Part shown: positions 24,421 to 37,697 of the stretch, one piece after another
How the letters are laid out: each line of letters begins with the position of its first letter
How positions within the stretch are numbered: position 1 is the stretch's first letter
Source of the DNA: Anthoceros angustus
Taxonomy: Eukaryota > Plantae > Anthocerotophyta
Assembly: GCA_010909165.1 (NCBI GenBank)
Contig: MU008197.1
Coordinates: 372,001 to 436,000, forward strand
Direction of reading: 5' to 3'
Length of the DNA: 64,000 nt
The notes under the pieces: generated by a model
Told to the model about the DNA's origin: nothing
Database searches by the model: none
Seen by the model: the letters and a program-made list of their open reading frames with translations, nothing else
Made by a program: the position numbers and the translations under genes

Positions 24421-26449
24421 CCGCTCTCCCGCCGAAAATTACTCCTGTCCGTTGTAACTTCTGTAACACGATATGGCAGTTAGACAAGGATTTCTATCGT
24501 AATCACATGCTCTAAGACCACACGCTTTCGCACATATATGGCACCTCTAGCTCTCCAGCTAGTCCCTCCCTCGGCAACCAACAACTTCTTTGAAACAAGC
24601 TTACAAAAAATTGATTCAAAAGGCTACATATTTGGCAGCCAAACAAGCTTATATAACAAGACTTGGAAAGTTAATCAATCAAAGTCCAAGAATTTTATTT
24701 TAATATCTAATATTACTATCATGTGTCATATATGGAACTTGTTATCTATCATTTTGACAATTAGTACAAGGTTTTGTGTATTTAGGATGGATTTTCATAG
24801 ACGGGATCGAATTAGTACAGTATTTGTGGTCTAAGGCTGGATTTCTGTGCACCGGTCGAATTAGTACTGTATTTACGTACCGATTGAATTAAATAACATA
24901 GATTAAATTACATGCATGAATTAGATTTATGCCTTGATCAAATCTTTATTTTAAACATGTACGACAATGCGTATTAATTAGTCTGAGGTAGTGTTTTGAC
25001 CCGAGTTCTAGGTGGGTCGAGACAATAATGCTTCTCCTATATGCCTAGAATTAAAGATTACGTGTCTTGTGTAGATTTGTAAATGGGATACTAATTACAC
25101 ATATAAAATAATTAAGTTTTTGCTCATATTATCACACTTATACTTGTGAAATAATAAGTACCGTTCGCGCAGTATCAAACTTCTATGTAGTTGATGACAA
25201 CCTCTCACAATTGTTCCTCTTGCTTTATATGTTTGTTCATCCTTGATCTCCTCCTTCTTCTTCTTCCTCGTTTTATTCTACTCACTCACACCAACCTATT
25301 GCATGTTTACTTGATGTCATGATATTATTTGCAATTGATGTAGCCATGAAAATATGAGTGTCAATCTTAAAGCATGTTGTATTTTATGGACTAGACGAAA
25401 GTTATGTAATCCTCCTCCATTGACTCCGCAACATTCATTCTCCGATCAATTCGGCCAAATTAAATTATTTTAAGGGGCGAAATGTGTTTGCTTAGTTTTA
25501 GCGAAAGTTACACTTTAGTTTTAGCCAACGGAAATAACGGTTTTCTCATTAAGGAAAGAGGGCTTCCAACAAGCTCGAGTCTACCGAACTTGTTCGTTAG
25601 GCGATGGGCTGTCGACAATTCAAGATCATGTAGCGATGTTAAGTCTCGTTACTCTTCCGCTTTGATCCTTGTTAAGGTATGGTTAGCCAACATAAATTTG
25701 ACTTGTGGTCATGAAAACTGCCAAAGGCTACCCTCTTTCAAATTCCTCAAAAAGAATGGATGTGGCTCAAACATTACTTGCCATTGTTCTACTTACGATT
25801 GTGTGCAACCACAAAGCACCTACCATTATACACTAAAATTTTATAATAAAAATATATAAACATTTTTTCCTCAAATTTACCGATCGTCCTCATTACATGT
25901 TATGTTTAGATGCCAGCTACTAAGAGAGTTCACCATTAAGATTCTAAACCATCGTTTGCTCTGATGATATGAAATCAACCCATCAAATTGGCAAACAATG
26001 GGTTGACTCTGTACCATCCATTCTTTTAAACTCTAAACCCATCGAACTTGGTGTTTCATTAAAGACCTATTTCATGTCAGGGTGATGGGAGACACTTTGA
26101 ACACAGTTGTGGCTTCATCAAATAACGGCAAGGTTGACAATTTAGAGTTTTACAAGAAACTGAGGCCTACGTGCCATGGAGTCTAGAGTTGCAAGCCTTC
26201 CTAGCCTCACTAAGTACTAATGGGATGAGAAGGGAGTTTGGAGAGTGGTGTAGGCTGATCTTTCCGTTTGTTACACTGTTGAACAAAGATATGCGTTTCT
26301 ATCGATAAAGTAATGTTTGAGACATGTTCAAGATTTGTGTGGAAAAGTTTGACATGTCATGCTAAAGCATGTTGGCTAAAAAAGAGAGTGATAAGGATTT
26401 TCTAAATGAGCGCTTCCTAGATGATACATAGTAGCTAACCAAGAGATTT

Positions 26450-28070
26450 ATATAATGTTTAGATTATAAGAACGTTAGGGTTGTTACTGTTTTGTGAAGT
26501 GACTGACCATGCCAAATCAAGAGAGGCAGATCTGGCTCTCGATAATGGCTAGACGTAGGAGCGCAATGGGATGGAGACGGTTGCTTGGGATAACTTGGTG
26601 GAGGTCGCAGGTAGAGGCTGGATGTGAGTGCGGCGCCTTGTATGAACTCTTCAAGGAACCTAGCGAGGAAGGTGTGTTTCCAGTTCCATGCGAGACCAGA
26701 GGCATGCGGGGGTTCTCTGCGGGAGACGGAGAGGGGGCCACCATGGCTGCCTCAGCCCGAGGCATGTCGGCACTGCGTAACCCTATGTTCCAGCTACCGT
26801 GTTCCAGGCGAGGGACAATCCCGGGGGCTCGGAGACACAGTGCCACATCAAGAAGGGTAAGCCGATCTCACGGATGAGCGAATCTATGGTGAGGCGTGTG
26901 CGTGTGAAATGCTGATGCTAACCTGTAGGCCTTTGATTCTAACCCGCAAGCCTTGAGTGCCAGGCACGCTTCTTTGGCTACCTCATGTACATGGTTCTCG
27001 CGACCAGGGTGCAAGTGTCATGCCCAATGATCATAGCCACTATTGCACACGAGAAGCATCCCACTACAAGAATTTGCGGAACGGAGTGGACAAGCTGAGT
27101 GTTAGTGTCTCTCTATTGCGAGCAACATGCTATGGCAGCTTCAATACTCAACATCAGGGCTTGCTGAGCCCAACCTATGTTGAGGATTTTGCTGTTGAAA
27201 TTGGCTCGACTTGGAGCTCTTTTGTTATTGTCATTTTGCTCATAGGAGTGAACTTCCAACCCATCGTTTGCCAATTCGGTTTTGCTGTTGAGTCCAAGCA
27301 TGCTTTGGTGCCACATTTTTGTGCTATATGGCAGCAGGCCAAGTCCAAGAAGCCTAGGGCTCTGGAAGAAGATGAGGGGTAGGGTGAGGAGGAAGGGCAA
27401 GGGGATGATGAGGAGGAGCCGCTACCAACTCTATAGATAATAGTTCGAGACATGCTATCCATGAGCATGTTCCGGCTTACACACTTAAACACATATTTAC
27501 TATATGTCCTATCTGCCCTATTTATCATGTTCCATTATGCCATAACAACGTGTTTAGCATTACAAAAGGAACTAACTAAGGAGTTGATGATGAAGGCCTT
27601 GAAAGCGAAACAGACTGAGGTAGAGAAGGAGCTTCAGGAGGTGATCTCCAAGAAAATTGCTAACGTGGATACTTTGCCCAGTTTGAAGAATTTGAAGGGC
27701 AGCGAATTGGACGAAACTTTTGAGGCAATCAAGAGGTAGTATCTGGAGTTGAAGGGGAAGGAAGAGGGTGGAATCACCATGAAGAAGAATAAGAACACAC
27801 AGCCAAGAAGAAAGCACGCTAAAAAAGAACAACAAGTGTGAAGATCCAGAAGAAGCTAACCTCTCTTGCAGTCTAATCAAGAGTACATACAATGTTTTCC
27901 AGTCATCCTTGGGAGAGGGCCAACAAAGTTTGGTTCCTTCATCGATCTTGTAGGTTGTAAGCCACCATTAAGAGTGCATGATGACAATAGTAGCCTTCAT
28001 GCATACAACGGGGAGGAAACGCTCAAGGGAAAGCATCAGTTGCGCACTTATAAGAATATATAAGTGCGTA
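26450..28070 (+). mobile_element. Unclassified decayed, probably TE-derived, coding-like sequence
   Basis: Stop-interrupted, charged/coiled-coil-like frames (KELTKELMMKALKAKQTEVEKELQEV...) in AT-rich intergenic DNA, without splice structure. No diagnostic domain recognised. Confidence 0.3.
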
Positions 28071-28689
28071 TATTAATAGGGATTGCCTCCCCACTAGAAA
28101 TACATATATAAATAAGACATATATACGAGAAGCTTTGTCGAATCTAAAATGTTCAAAAGCAAGACTCTTTAAAGCACAACACTAGAAATACTACCTTTGA
28201 AGAGAATAGCCTTCCTAAGGGACAACAACCAAATGAGTAGATAAGCTATGGAGGCAATGTGAGCCAAGTTGAAGATAAACCACAATACAGTAGAACTTAC
28301 GGATGCAATCCAAAACCAATAACAAATTATTTCAGTATTTGTTTTTAGGACCCTTATATTTAAGATTGCGGTAAGTAGTATTTACCAGGTAGCATCATGT
28401 TCTCTAGCTCGTATGTGCTATTAAAGCCCCTGCTTCATCCTCAGTTCTTCTAGTTGGTAATGAAGCTTGTTAATTAGAAATGTTCGAATGATTTTCAGTT
28501 TGGAGTCGGTTCGGTCCCAACGAAGCTGACCAACCAAATTGACACAAATAGGTGATCATCAGTAAAATTCACGAGTAAAATGCGTGAACTAGGTCACCAA
28601 CCACGAGTCCATAAGCGTCGTAAAACCCTTTAGATCATAATTCTGTTTCGTTGGACATCTTTCTTTTTACGATAGAATAAAAATTTAAT

Positions 28690-28940
28690 TAGAATAAGAC
28701 AAACCAATCAGCATATGGATAACAAAAATAGAAGCTGGACCCCAACTAGATGGCCGAGAAAAGCGAAGTTCAATAAAACCACCGGAGGACAAAACACGAG
28801 CAAGGCAGAAACTAAGGCACAAAAACTCCAGCAAGAAAAGAGACCTCCACGAGACAAAGGCCTCGGAGAAAATGTCCTGGGAAAGGCAATCACTTCGTTG
28901 GGTGACATCACTAGGTATATAGATCACAACAAAGAGTTCT
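28690..28940 (-). mobile_element. Possible 3' remnant of a LINE (RNase H-like tail plus T-rich UTR)
   Basis: YIPSDVTQRSDCLS weakly resembles the HIPRE.N..AD.LA end of plant L1 RNase H, followed by T-rich sequence. Confidence 0.2.
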
Positions 28941-29153
28941 AGGTACCTATATTTATTCTTTTAAATCAATATAAATATCTCTAATTAATTATTTCTGCTG
29001 TAACCGCGGTGATCCAGCCGCATACGGACGATTCAGACCCCTGAGCAAAGTTGACGGCTGGCTCGAGATCGGTTGCGGACGCCTCAAGGCAAGGTCGTGG
29101 GAGGAACAGGTACGAGGGGGCTGCAGCAGGTTCATCAGGCTAGTCCTGCGAGG

Positions 29154-29456
29154 ATGAAGGTGCGGTCAGCCGTGAAGAGGCTTTGTGAGCATTGCAGAGT
29201 GGTGAAGCGGAGGCGGAAAGTGTATGTTCTGTGTGCCTCAAATGCTAAGCACAAGCAGCGGCAGGGCTTTTCCACTTTCGCCGCCGAATCAAGTGCGGCT
29301 GCTGCTTTCTCGCCACCATCAGCTGCTGCGTCTCTATGCACCTTCCCAGCATCCTCCGCTGCCATGTGCGTGCCAATTTTGTCCAGCAGCATAGGGTTTG
29401 GTTTGGGCTGCCTCTCCGCTTCCTCTCCTTGGCTAATTGGCGTGATAACCACATAG
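29154..29456 (+). CDS. RPL36: Nucleus-encoded organellar (mitochondrial-type) ribosomal protein L36 with C-terminal extension, 100 aa
   Basis: [38 protein letters not shown] is the bL36 zinc-ribbon signature, followed by an FSTF.. extension as in plant nuclear L36. Confidence 0.93.
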   Translation: MKVRSAVKRLCEHCRVVKRRRKVYVLCASNAKHKQRQGFSTFAAESSAAAAFSPPSAAASLCTFPASSAAMCVPILSSSIGFGLGCLSASSPWLIGVITT

Positions 29457-30780
29457 AGTTCAGGAGGCTCCAACTCCGTCAACTAAAGTGAGTAGGCTTC
29501 TGCTCTCGATTTGCCTGCGAACTGAGCACTCGCTGGTTCTCCCTGTTGCAGGCCGTCTCTGATAGTTCAGGGATCTGGACTGGGTAGCAGATACTCCTTC
29601 CAAAGTGAGAGCGTCGGCTTGGCCTCTCTTCTGTCCAAGACTACTTGGAGATTTCGGCCCTAAAGAGGAAAGGTGACTGATACTCTTCCTAACCTAATGC
29701 ATATCCGTCCTTGGCGCATCGTTTACTGCTGTCTCTCATCTCGAGGATTTTGTACTTCACGTTTGCATTTGAACAGTAATTTGCCGGCGGATTATGAATT
29801 TAGGGACTCGCTTTCTGCTAGCATCTTTTTGACTCGTATGTGCGGGTACGGGAATGTCTAGGCTCTTCGAGTCCTGCCTTTCATTGAGTTCCACCATACA
29901 TCCGGGGTATCTGACATCCGCGCACTTCCCATAGTCGTCCTCCCGCGACGTGCATCTCTGGACAAGTGTTCTGGGAATTCATTTTTACTCTGTCGTTCAT
30001 TGGCGGCATACCGCAGCTCCAGGTCGGAAAGGGACGGAAAGTCGAGCCAGAGCCGCCGCCTAGAGGCCGCGGTGGCGGTAGCTGCCTGGACACAAGCAGG
30101 CAGGATATTTCCGGCGGCGGGAAGAACGGCGGGGAGGCGAACAGGAGACCCCATTCCCGCTCCGCCTGGCCCAACCGGTCCCGGTGTTGCCACGTGTGAA
30201 GATTCGCTTGGAATCCCGTGTATACAAGATAGGTACGTCTGAGGTGAGGACAGCGAAGCGTAGGTATGTATGCTACCAGTCGCTCATCTGCTGAGATACA
30301 GAGGGCGTTAACCCTCTGTAGTCAAACACGGTCTCATACGACGTACATGTGTAGATAGAGACATTCGGACTCTTTACAGGCCTCTCATTACCAGAGCGGC
30401 GCCCTGTGCCTAGAAATAAATATTGCGGTACTTTCAGGCACACATTCGACATGAGACTGTCATCTGACATGTACGTCACGAGATACAGGTGTGCAGAGAA
30501 GAATTCCAGATGCTGGTTTAGAGAAATGTCTGCTATGGACCTTATGACGTTCTTACGAAGTCCGGGTAGTAAAACACGCCAACGAAGCTTGCAAATTTTG
30601 CTCCGATAATTTGAGTTCTGATGAATCAGAATCACCCCACATCATCAACATCTACGAGGAGCCTGATCCATTAAGAAAGTGGAAGGCCGGGGTTGACATA
30701 CGACTTACTTGATCCATTGGTGTGGTGTACTGCCCAGGGACGACTTGCTGAGGCTGAAAGGAGAATTTAGTTCCTTGAAC

Positions 30781-33357
30781 TTATTTCAATCTCGGGACAT
30801 AGGAACCCATGCACGGTGCATCAGTGTTCTTGGGCAGCTCCGCGATCAGCTCTTCCACTGCAGCTAAGGCATTGCCGAGGATTTTCTTTTCAATCCGGAG
30901 AAGTTCCGTGGCAACACGCTTCTTTGGATCCGTATTGACATCTTCCACCTGCGTTGGGGTTTTCAAGGTTAGGTGAGATGAGGCTGGAGGAAGTATTTGC
31001 AAACTGGACTTTCTCTTGGGGGGGAACCAACCACTACTTTGTCTTCTGCCCGTGTTGTGCGATACCCAGCCAGTCTCTTGGAGAAGTAGTCTACAAGTTG
31101 GTCCAGCACAGCACGCTCGTTGCACGGGCTTACCTGTGATCCCACATAAATCAGGAAGGTTCGACTGGAAGGGACTTTGACCACACCATCTTGGTGGTGA
31201 AAAGCATCTGCTTGACCTAAGGGTTCACTCACAGGACATACAGGGCCTTGGGCAAAACTGACAGACTCCATGGCTGCTGGATCGGAGACATGACCCAGTC
31301 GTAAATATGGGAGCATGTCCACAATGTTTTCCTTCTCCTTGCCCTTGAAGATCTGCAACAGAGGAGAGTTACACAACGTAGCAGAGTAAACCTTTTCATC
31401 TGGACACATTGCTGGGCGGTGCTTCATCTTACTTGGAAGGTTTGAACTGTCAATCGATTGTTTTTCTGAACAATCTGCCTCTTGCTTTGATAGAGGGGAT
31501 CATTGGTGTCCAATGCCGCCTTCATTTTACCCCACAAGAAAACCGTGTCAGTGTCAATATAAGGCTGGCGAGGCACCGCACAACTGCTCCATATCTCGGT
31601 AACACCTGAGGGCTAACAAGTGATGCATCGCACACAGAGAAGGACTAAAGTGTGGTCCATCGAGCTCACGGAATACCTCAATAGAAAGACGGTCATAAGG
31701 ATTCCGTTTATCAACAAATCCATAGTTCAGCAGCAGTCGAGTATTTGGTTGAGGACCACACCTGGAAAGACAGCAGCAACGTGAGAAGCAAAAGAAGATA
31801 CAGCATTTGTCACTAACACAAGCTCTAAAATTTCCGAGCAATCGCATGCTACAACAACCTTACCAGACAGAAATGGGGTCTCCCTTCTTATATGACCGAT
31901 CAACCTCCAGCTGCACACTGTTCCCCACCGCCTTCAACATCGCCTTGCAATTACTCTCATACGCCAACAGGGGTGGACCCATAGGCACCAAAGCAAATCT
32001 TCTAGCCAGGCTTACACCCTGAGAGTAAAACGACAAGGTCAGAGAGCCCCGTTCTTACACAGAAGAACAGTAGGCATCCATGTGAAGAGCAACAGGTACC
32101 TGGAGGTGAACAACACACGACTGAACTGCCACAAACGCTTGCTTGAAGATGTCGAAGGAGAAAGCCTCTGTAGGTATATCGAATGGGTACTCCTGCGGAC
32201 AAGAAGGGCTTGAATCGTATCTCCCAGTTCATCAACTGCAGTTCCTCACAGTCTGCAGATAGAAAGAAGAGAGAACACACACCTCATACCTTGAACAGCG
32301 AGCCTGCCATAAACCAGACGGTATCCAGTTCTGCATACTCCCGCTTGATCCCCTCCAGCCTTTCAAGCACAACATCCTGCCATCCATCAATCGGCAAGGT
32401 ATCAGGGCAGCTGCCAAACCAACGTACCAGGGTCTTCCTGGCCGGGCTCCAGACACTTACCCGCATGGGGCTGCCGGTAAAATACTCGTCGAGCTCGTGC
32501 CTGGACCAGAGAAGAGGCGACTCCACAGCCAGCTGGCCCCTCCCCCGTTGCCTGTCCAGTTCCCTGATGTAAGGATACCAAAAAGACTCCTTTCCCCGCT
32601 TCTTCTCGTACATGAGGTAGAGAGCCAGGCAGGCCAGTTCTGAGAGCTTGTTGGTCGTCAGTAGCTCCGCTGCATTCACACGCACACCGGGATGCCGGAG
32701 TTGAGAAACACACAACCCACCCACCGCAGCATGCCCACATGAGCCAAGCCCTCACCGATGCTTTCGTCCCCCAACACCCTCTCCAAAGTGACCACCAGCG
32801 AGTTGGGCACCGCCAATGCGACATCCCCGGGCTGCAGCAGGGACGCGGATCACGAAAAAAACCCACCCGCGTCAGGAGAAAGAGCAACAAGCCCAGGACC
32901 CAGGGCAAAAATGCTTTCCAGCTGCGGGCGGAGCAGCGCGCACCTGCAGGTCCTCGCTAGCAACCACGTAGTGGATGGGCTTGCCGCAGCCGCCCGATGC
33001 CGGCCTCTCCAGGAGATCCACTTTGCACGGAGGCAGGCCGTGCTCGATCATCCACTCCTTCAGGTCCACCTCGGAGGCGGTGTGGTCGGGGGATTGCGTC
33101 GCCGCCTGCAGGTCCGCATTGCTGGCCAGCGTGGTCCCGGCGGAGCAGGCGCGCACCTGCGCCTGCGTGAAACCACCGCCCCGCCCATGGCCCTCGCCGG
33201 CTCCGGCTCCGGCTCCGGCTCCGGTTGCTCGCAAATGCGCGGGAGCCAGGCGCAGCGGGCTCAGGTTCAGGTACGCGCAGGAGCGCAGCTGCGCGGGAGA
33301 CGCCACCGGCTTGCAGGCCAAGCACCCCAGGCTGCTGCCTGCCGCAGCCTGCATCAT
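30781..33357 (-). CDS. SAFE1: Plastid SET-domain/Rubisco LSMT family protein (SAFE1/At5g14260-like), multi-exon
   Basis: Transit-peptide-like N terminus, then EWMIEHGLPPCKV, HYVVASEDLQ, VVTLERVLG, ELLTTNKLSELACLALYLMYEKK, YIRELDRQRGRGQL, ELDTVWFMAGSLF, RRFALVP.GPPLLAY, CGPQPN.RLLLNYGFVD, MLPYLRLG, ERAVLDQL, KRVATELL. GT-AG introns. Confidence 0.9.
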
Positions 33358-34064
33358 GCCTGCCCTCCTCTGCCTTCTCCTCTTCTCCGAGAGCAGCTTG
33401 CCTGGGCCTGGCCTGGCCTGGACTGGACTGGGCTCCTGCCTTGCACCACCCGCCCTCCTTACCGCCCCGCCATCGCCCAGCCCTGCATCGCAACCAAATC
33501 CAGCACGCTATGCCTGCACTCTGAATATCCTCGGGCTCCCTCTCTGCGAGTGCACGAAGAAGTGCGAAGTGCGAGAGACAAGACACTCCCCGCTGAATAT
33601 ACGAACCTGGTCCATTCTGCTGGCTTCGTGTTTTCGCTCTTCCTTCTTTCTTTTCCGAAACCTCAAAAACAGAAAAAACCAGCTCGAGTGGTACCTACTC
33701 TAAGCAATCAGCACTCTGGTCCTCAGATTTCTTCTCCTTCCACCCTCAAGTGAACCCAAGGATGTATGCAGATACTACTTGATTCAAGTTACATACAATG
33801 AATATTCTAATAGTTACAGGGATGAATTTCATCATAGTAACTCAAGTTCATTCCCAAGTTCAAGTTTGTACTTTTTATTTTAATAGTATATCTATTTGGT
33901 ACATATGGAAGGAGATAATATTGTTTGTCCTTCCACAATTTTAACCTCTGACTATTTGTTACAAAAGTTGGAGATGCATTATATTTGGGTTCTCGAAGAT
34001 GCATCTCCACCTGTCGCATTTGGGATGCATCTTCGTAGTTCCAAGATGCCTAGCTTATGATGCA

Positions 34065-34218
34065 TCACCAATTGTTGTTCACTCTTTCACCAATTGTTGT
34101 TCACTCTTTCACCAATTGTTGTTCACTCTTTCACCAATTGTTGTTCACTCTTTCACCAATTGTTGTTCACTCTTTCACCAATTGTTGTTCACTCTTTCAC
34201 CAATTGTTGTTCACTCTT
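34065..34218 (+). repeat. Perfect 22-bp tandem repeat x7
   Basis: tcaccaattgttgttcactctt at 34065, 34087, 34109, 34131, 34153, 34175 and 34197. Confidence 0.97.
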
Positions 34219-34414
34219 GTTATCGAGTGTTATTCAGTGTCCCAACTGAATAACACTTTAGTTTAAAATAAATATCAATACACGTTTAAATCACCTACTC
34301 AAATTATATAGCACAAATGAACAACTCTTATTCTTTGTGTAGAGACAAGGATAGAGGATTTTTAATTAAATAATATTTTTTGTTCAATAAAATATTAATA
34401 AATACCTATCCATA

Positions 34415-35513
34415 ACTACCTAGTCATAATCCTTTCTCGAGGATCTCGTATCAAGTGTGGAGGAGGGAACCTTCTCTCTCCAATCGTCCTTGAGGCAGGC
34501 CAGAGACATGTTATCAGCAGATGCTCGGAAGGACTTCCCTCCTTTCTCTACATTTATCACGATGGCTTTAGGGATTGCGAGGCATCTGCTCGAGAAGCGC
34601 TGTGCACCGTCCTCCAGACCCTCCATCTCCAGTCCACTAGGCGGCTCGCTCTTGTTGCAGGAAGGAGGCGGTGCTTGGCTCTTGGCCCGCCCATGCATAC
34701 GGGATTTCACATCGCACCAACCACCTTCACATCGCGATGCGATTCCGTCTCGGCCTACTCCACTGTGGCTTCTTGGCTCCTCACTTGTGAGTGCGGCTCT
34801 GCTCTTAGCGTCTCGGTGTCCACCTTGCTCGTTGTCCCCACGGGGTCATCGCATTGCCACCATGACGCCATCCGTGACGCCATGTTTGCCATTGCTCGCG
34901 AAAGTGGCTATATGGCTGGAGGAGGCGGGAGTATACTCTTCTTCTGGTCGTTCAATCGGGCGGACTTATACCTTGTCCGTGGCGACCGAGGTTGTGGTGG
35001 CGGATGTAGTGGTTCTTGACCACGTGGCGCCACCTCGCTCAGTCATCACCAACCGCCCAGCCGGGCCGCTCGCAAGGGCTCTCAAGGTCCGCAAGTATAG
35101 CAGGATGCAAGCGGGCCACCTCTTTATCCCGCTTGCTCTAGAAACGTATGGGGCAATGGTGGACTTTGACAAATTCATCAAGTCTTGTGCCAAAGCTTAC
35201 CATCTTGTGAGCATAGTCGTCCTCTCGTACTTCACGGCATACTTCCGGCGGGTTTCTATTGCTCTTCAGGCGCTCTCAGCGATTCTCCATAAGGCGACGG
35301 TGGGTGATGCCTTTTCCTCTTCCTCTGTGGTTTGCGGGCCGTTTATTCTACACATATGACATTGTGGGTGCATTGGTCACTTTAGGTAGGGAGCTCAGTT
35401 GCTCCTCTTCACTCCGACCCCCGGGTCCCCATTTGTTGTCCCTTCCTAGATGGTCTCTTTCCATCGTTCTTTCACCTCAATAAATCATCTCATTACTACC
35501 TAGTCATAATCCT
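34415..35513 (+). mobile_element. 5'-truncated non-LTR retrotransposon of the restriction-like endonuclease type (CRE/NeSL/R2-like), with 19-bp TSD
   Basis: Direct repeat actacctagtcataatcct at 34415-34433 and 35495-35513, with AATAAA just before the 3' copy. Frameshifted motifs GAWLLARP, MRFRLGL, CECG..HLARCPHG, HDAIRD, RAD, ADVVV, KVRKY, FIPLALETYG. Confidence 0.85.
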
Positions 35514-36062
35514 CAAGTCCCCTTCCCCATCTATCACTAACTTAAAGAGGTTAAAGGATTAATTTTTATCTTTTACCAATAGGTAAGGTTAAGATATCAC
35601 ATTATCGTAAAACCTATGAATAGAAATTGCGGTTCATATAGACCTGAAAGGGCATAATTCTGTTACACTCCTCTGTCTCTCCACATCAGTATACACTTCT
35701 ACTCATCTTAAAACTACTAGAAAATGTGCACAAGATGAAGATTAATTCAACTATTGAGCTTGAACATAAAGCTTAGTAGATTCTTGTTGGGATGGGTTCT
35801 AAATTTGAAAAGTTGAGATATATATGGAAATCTAGCTGTAGGAGAAAGTGTGGCATCTGGTCTTTAGAAAAGATGCAGAACAATCATGTATGAAAGCGTC
35901 AATTTTTTGAGACGAAATATAGTTGTGATAGAGGTCAAGCAACTATTGGATGAAGGTGTCGTAGTATTACACAAAGAGCTATTTTCATTGCATACTACTG
36001 TCAACTTTCTTTTTCCTTAGCTACTAAGAATAAGTTAGTAAGATCTACATAAAATTTTCACT

Positions 36063-36686
36063 ATGGTGCAATGTGATGACCCCATCTACAATGACGGAAC
36101 CATGGTATTGGGCAGGAGCATCTATCAACCTGGATTTGGTAGATTCAAAGATACAAGTGGAGCTAGGTATCCATTGGAAGCTCAAAGAGCTACAAAACTA
36201 GCTCGATCAGAGCCCAGATCAAGGCAAATTAGGGATTTTGCTCATAGGCGTATGAGACCAATTGGACCTTGGAACTTAAAAGATCCAAAATCTGAGCATG
36301 GTAAAGGATCTTTCGGTACAAAGATGAGCCCTATTACAAGACTCTTTGCTGGATACGCTCCTAAGCATTCAGGTCATCCAGATTTGAAGGATGCTCCTGA
36401 TCCTGATTTCCACCGTAGACAATGTGATGTCACTGAGTTTTATGATCAGCCAATGAGAAACAGAGTACCTGTTGCTATCCAAGGCTTTCTGTATGGGAGA
36501 ATTGCTACAGATGTCACTGCGCAATTTCGAGTTATTCCTAAAGTGTTTGATCCAAATGAGCCTCCTAAATGGTTTGGGAGACTTGCTACTTGGATTACAG
36601 ATTATGATGTCTTAGATGAAGAAATGGACAGGGTAGAGAAAATAAGAGCTTTGCCCAGTGTACCATATGAAAATATTCTTTATTAA
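36063..36686 (+). CDS. Intronless orphan ORF, 207 aa, unknown function
   Basis: Uninterrupted ORF of complex, globular-like composition in very AT-rich flanks; actATGG start context; AATAAA motifs directly after the stop. Confidence 0.55.
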   Translation: MVQCDDPIYNDGTMVLGRSIYQPGFGRFKDTSGARYPLEAQRATKLARSEPRSRQIRDFAHRRMRPIGPWNLKDPKSEHGKGSFGTKMSPITRLFAGYAPKHSGHPDLKDAPDPDFHRRQCDVTEFYDQPMRNRVPVAIQGFLYGRIATDVTAQFRVIPKVFDPNEPPKWFGRLATWITDYDVLDEEMDRVEKIRALPSVPYENILY

Positions 36687-37697
36687 TAAATTATCTAAAA
36701 ATAAAATAGCTATCTTTTATTATTTTCATGAATGTTATCAACATTATAAACTCTTTTGACAATTTATCTATCTTTGTAAACTTATCCACCAGTTCGTCAT
36801 TATATTGAGATACTTCACATCATTCTACAACCCATCCATAGATATTCACAGCTTGCCTGGCCTCAAAAGTAACGTTAAAGAATGGAGTAGATTTAAATGG
36901 ATGTAAGTAGATAAAGATACATAATGATATTTTTAATTCAAAAATAAATGGTCAAAACTCAAAAAGTAAAAATATTTTTGTAAGATTTTTGAAACAAATA
37001 TTATACAAGATTGTAAAGGGTTAAAGAAAGTATGAAAGATTCATGCTGTTTAAATGGTTGAAAAAAAAACTAGGTGACATCAATAACATAATTTCATCTC
37101 ATATGTTTCAAAGAAAAAAGAGAAAGACTAGCATATGATAGAAAAAATTCTTTTAATGATATTTCTTGAATAAAGAAATATAAGTGATCTATTCTATCAA
37201 AGTTTTGACTATTAAAAAGGTTGAATCTATAAAGACTATAACTAGATACAACGCCTAATCTAGAGGAATTATAACTATTTATAATTTCAACCTTCCTAAT
37301 TCAATACCTACCAAGATTACCAATTTTTCTCATATATATCTAGTATCCTAAAATCAATTAAGGCCAAAAATCTAGAGAGTGTCGCTGCATTTATGTTTTT
37401 AGTATCAGAATGTTCAAAGATCTATGTGGCCTCTGTGCTTTGGTATTAGCCTTCATTGGCTGGGGTTGGAGGGTTTTTTACCTATCTTATTTAATAAAGT
37501 TTTTTTATCTTACTAAAATCTAGAGAGAATCGTAAATGCAAAAAGTCAGGGAAGACGGATGGGGAGAAGTGATCCGCTATTTAGAAGCCAGGCAGATAAA
37601 TCACTGCGTCATTAAGCATTCAATTGTGATTTCTGGGACCTATATTCCCTATAGCTTCTGATAAATATTAGCAACCGCAAGGAAAAGAAGAGCTTTC

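Noticed and set aside
29858-30193. 111-aa minus-strand ORF between RPL36 and SAFE1
   Set aside because: GC-rich, low complexity, no motif or splice support; it likely lies in overlapping UTR or intergenic sequence. Not excluded without RNA data.
34065-34218. CRISPR-like array (also considered for 8675-8917, 15597-15785 and 50716-51670)
   Set aside because: Units are head-to-tail with no unique spacers, there are no cas genes, and the context is eukaryotic; these are minisatellites.
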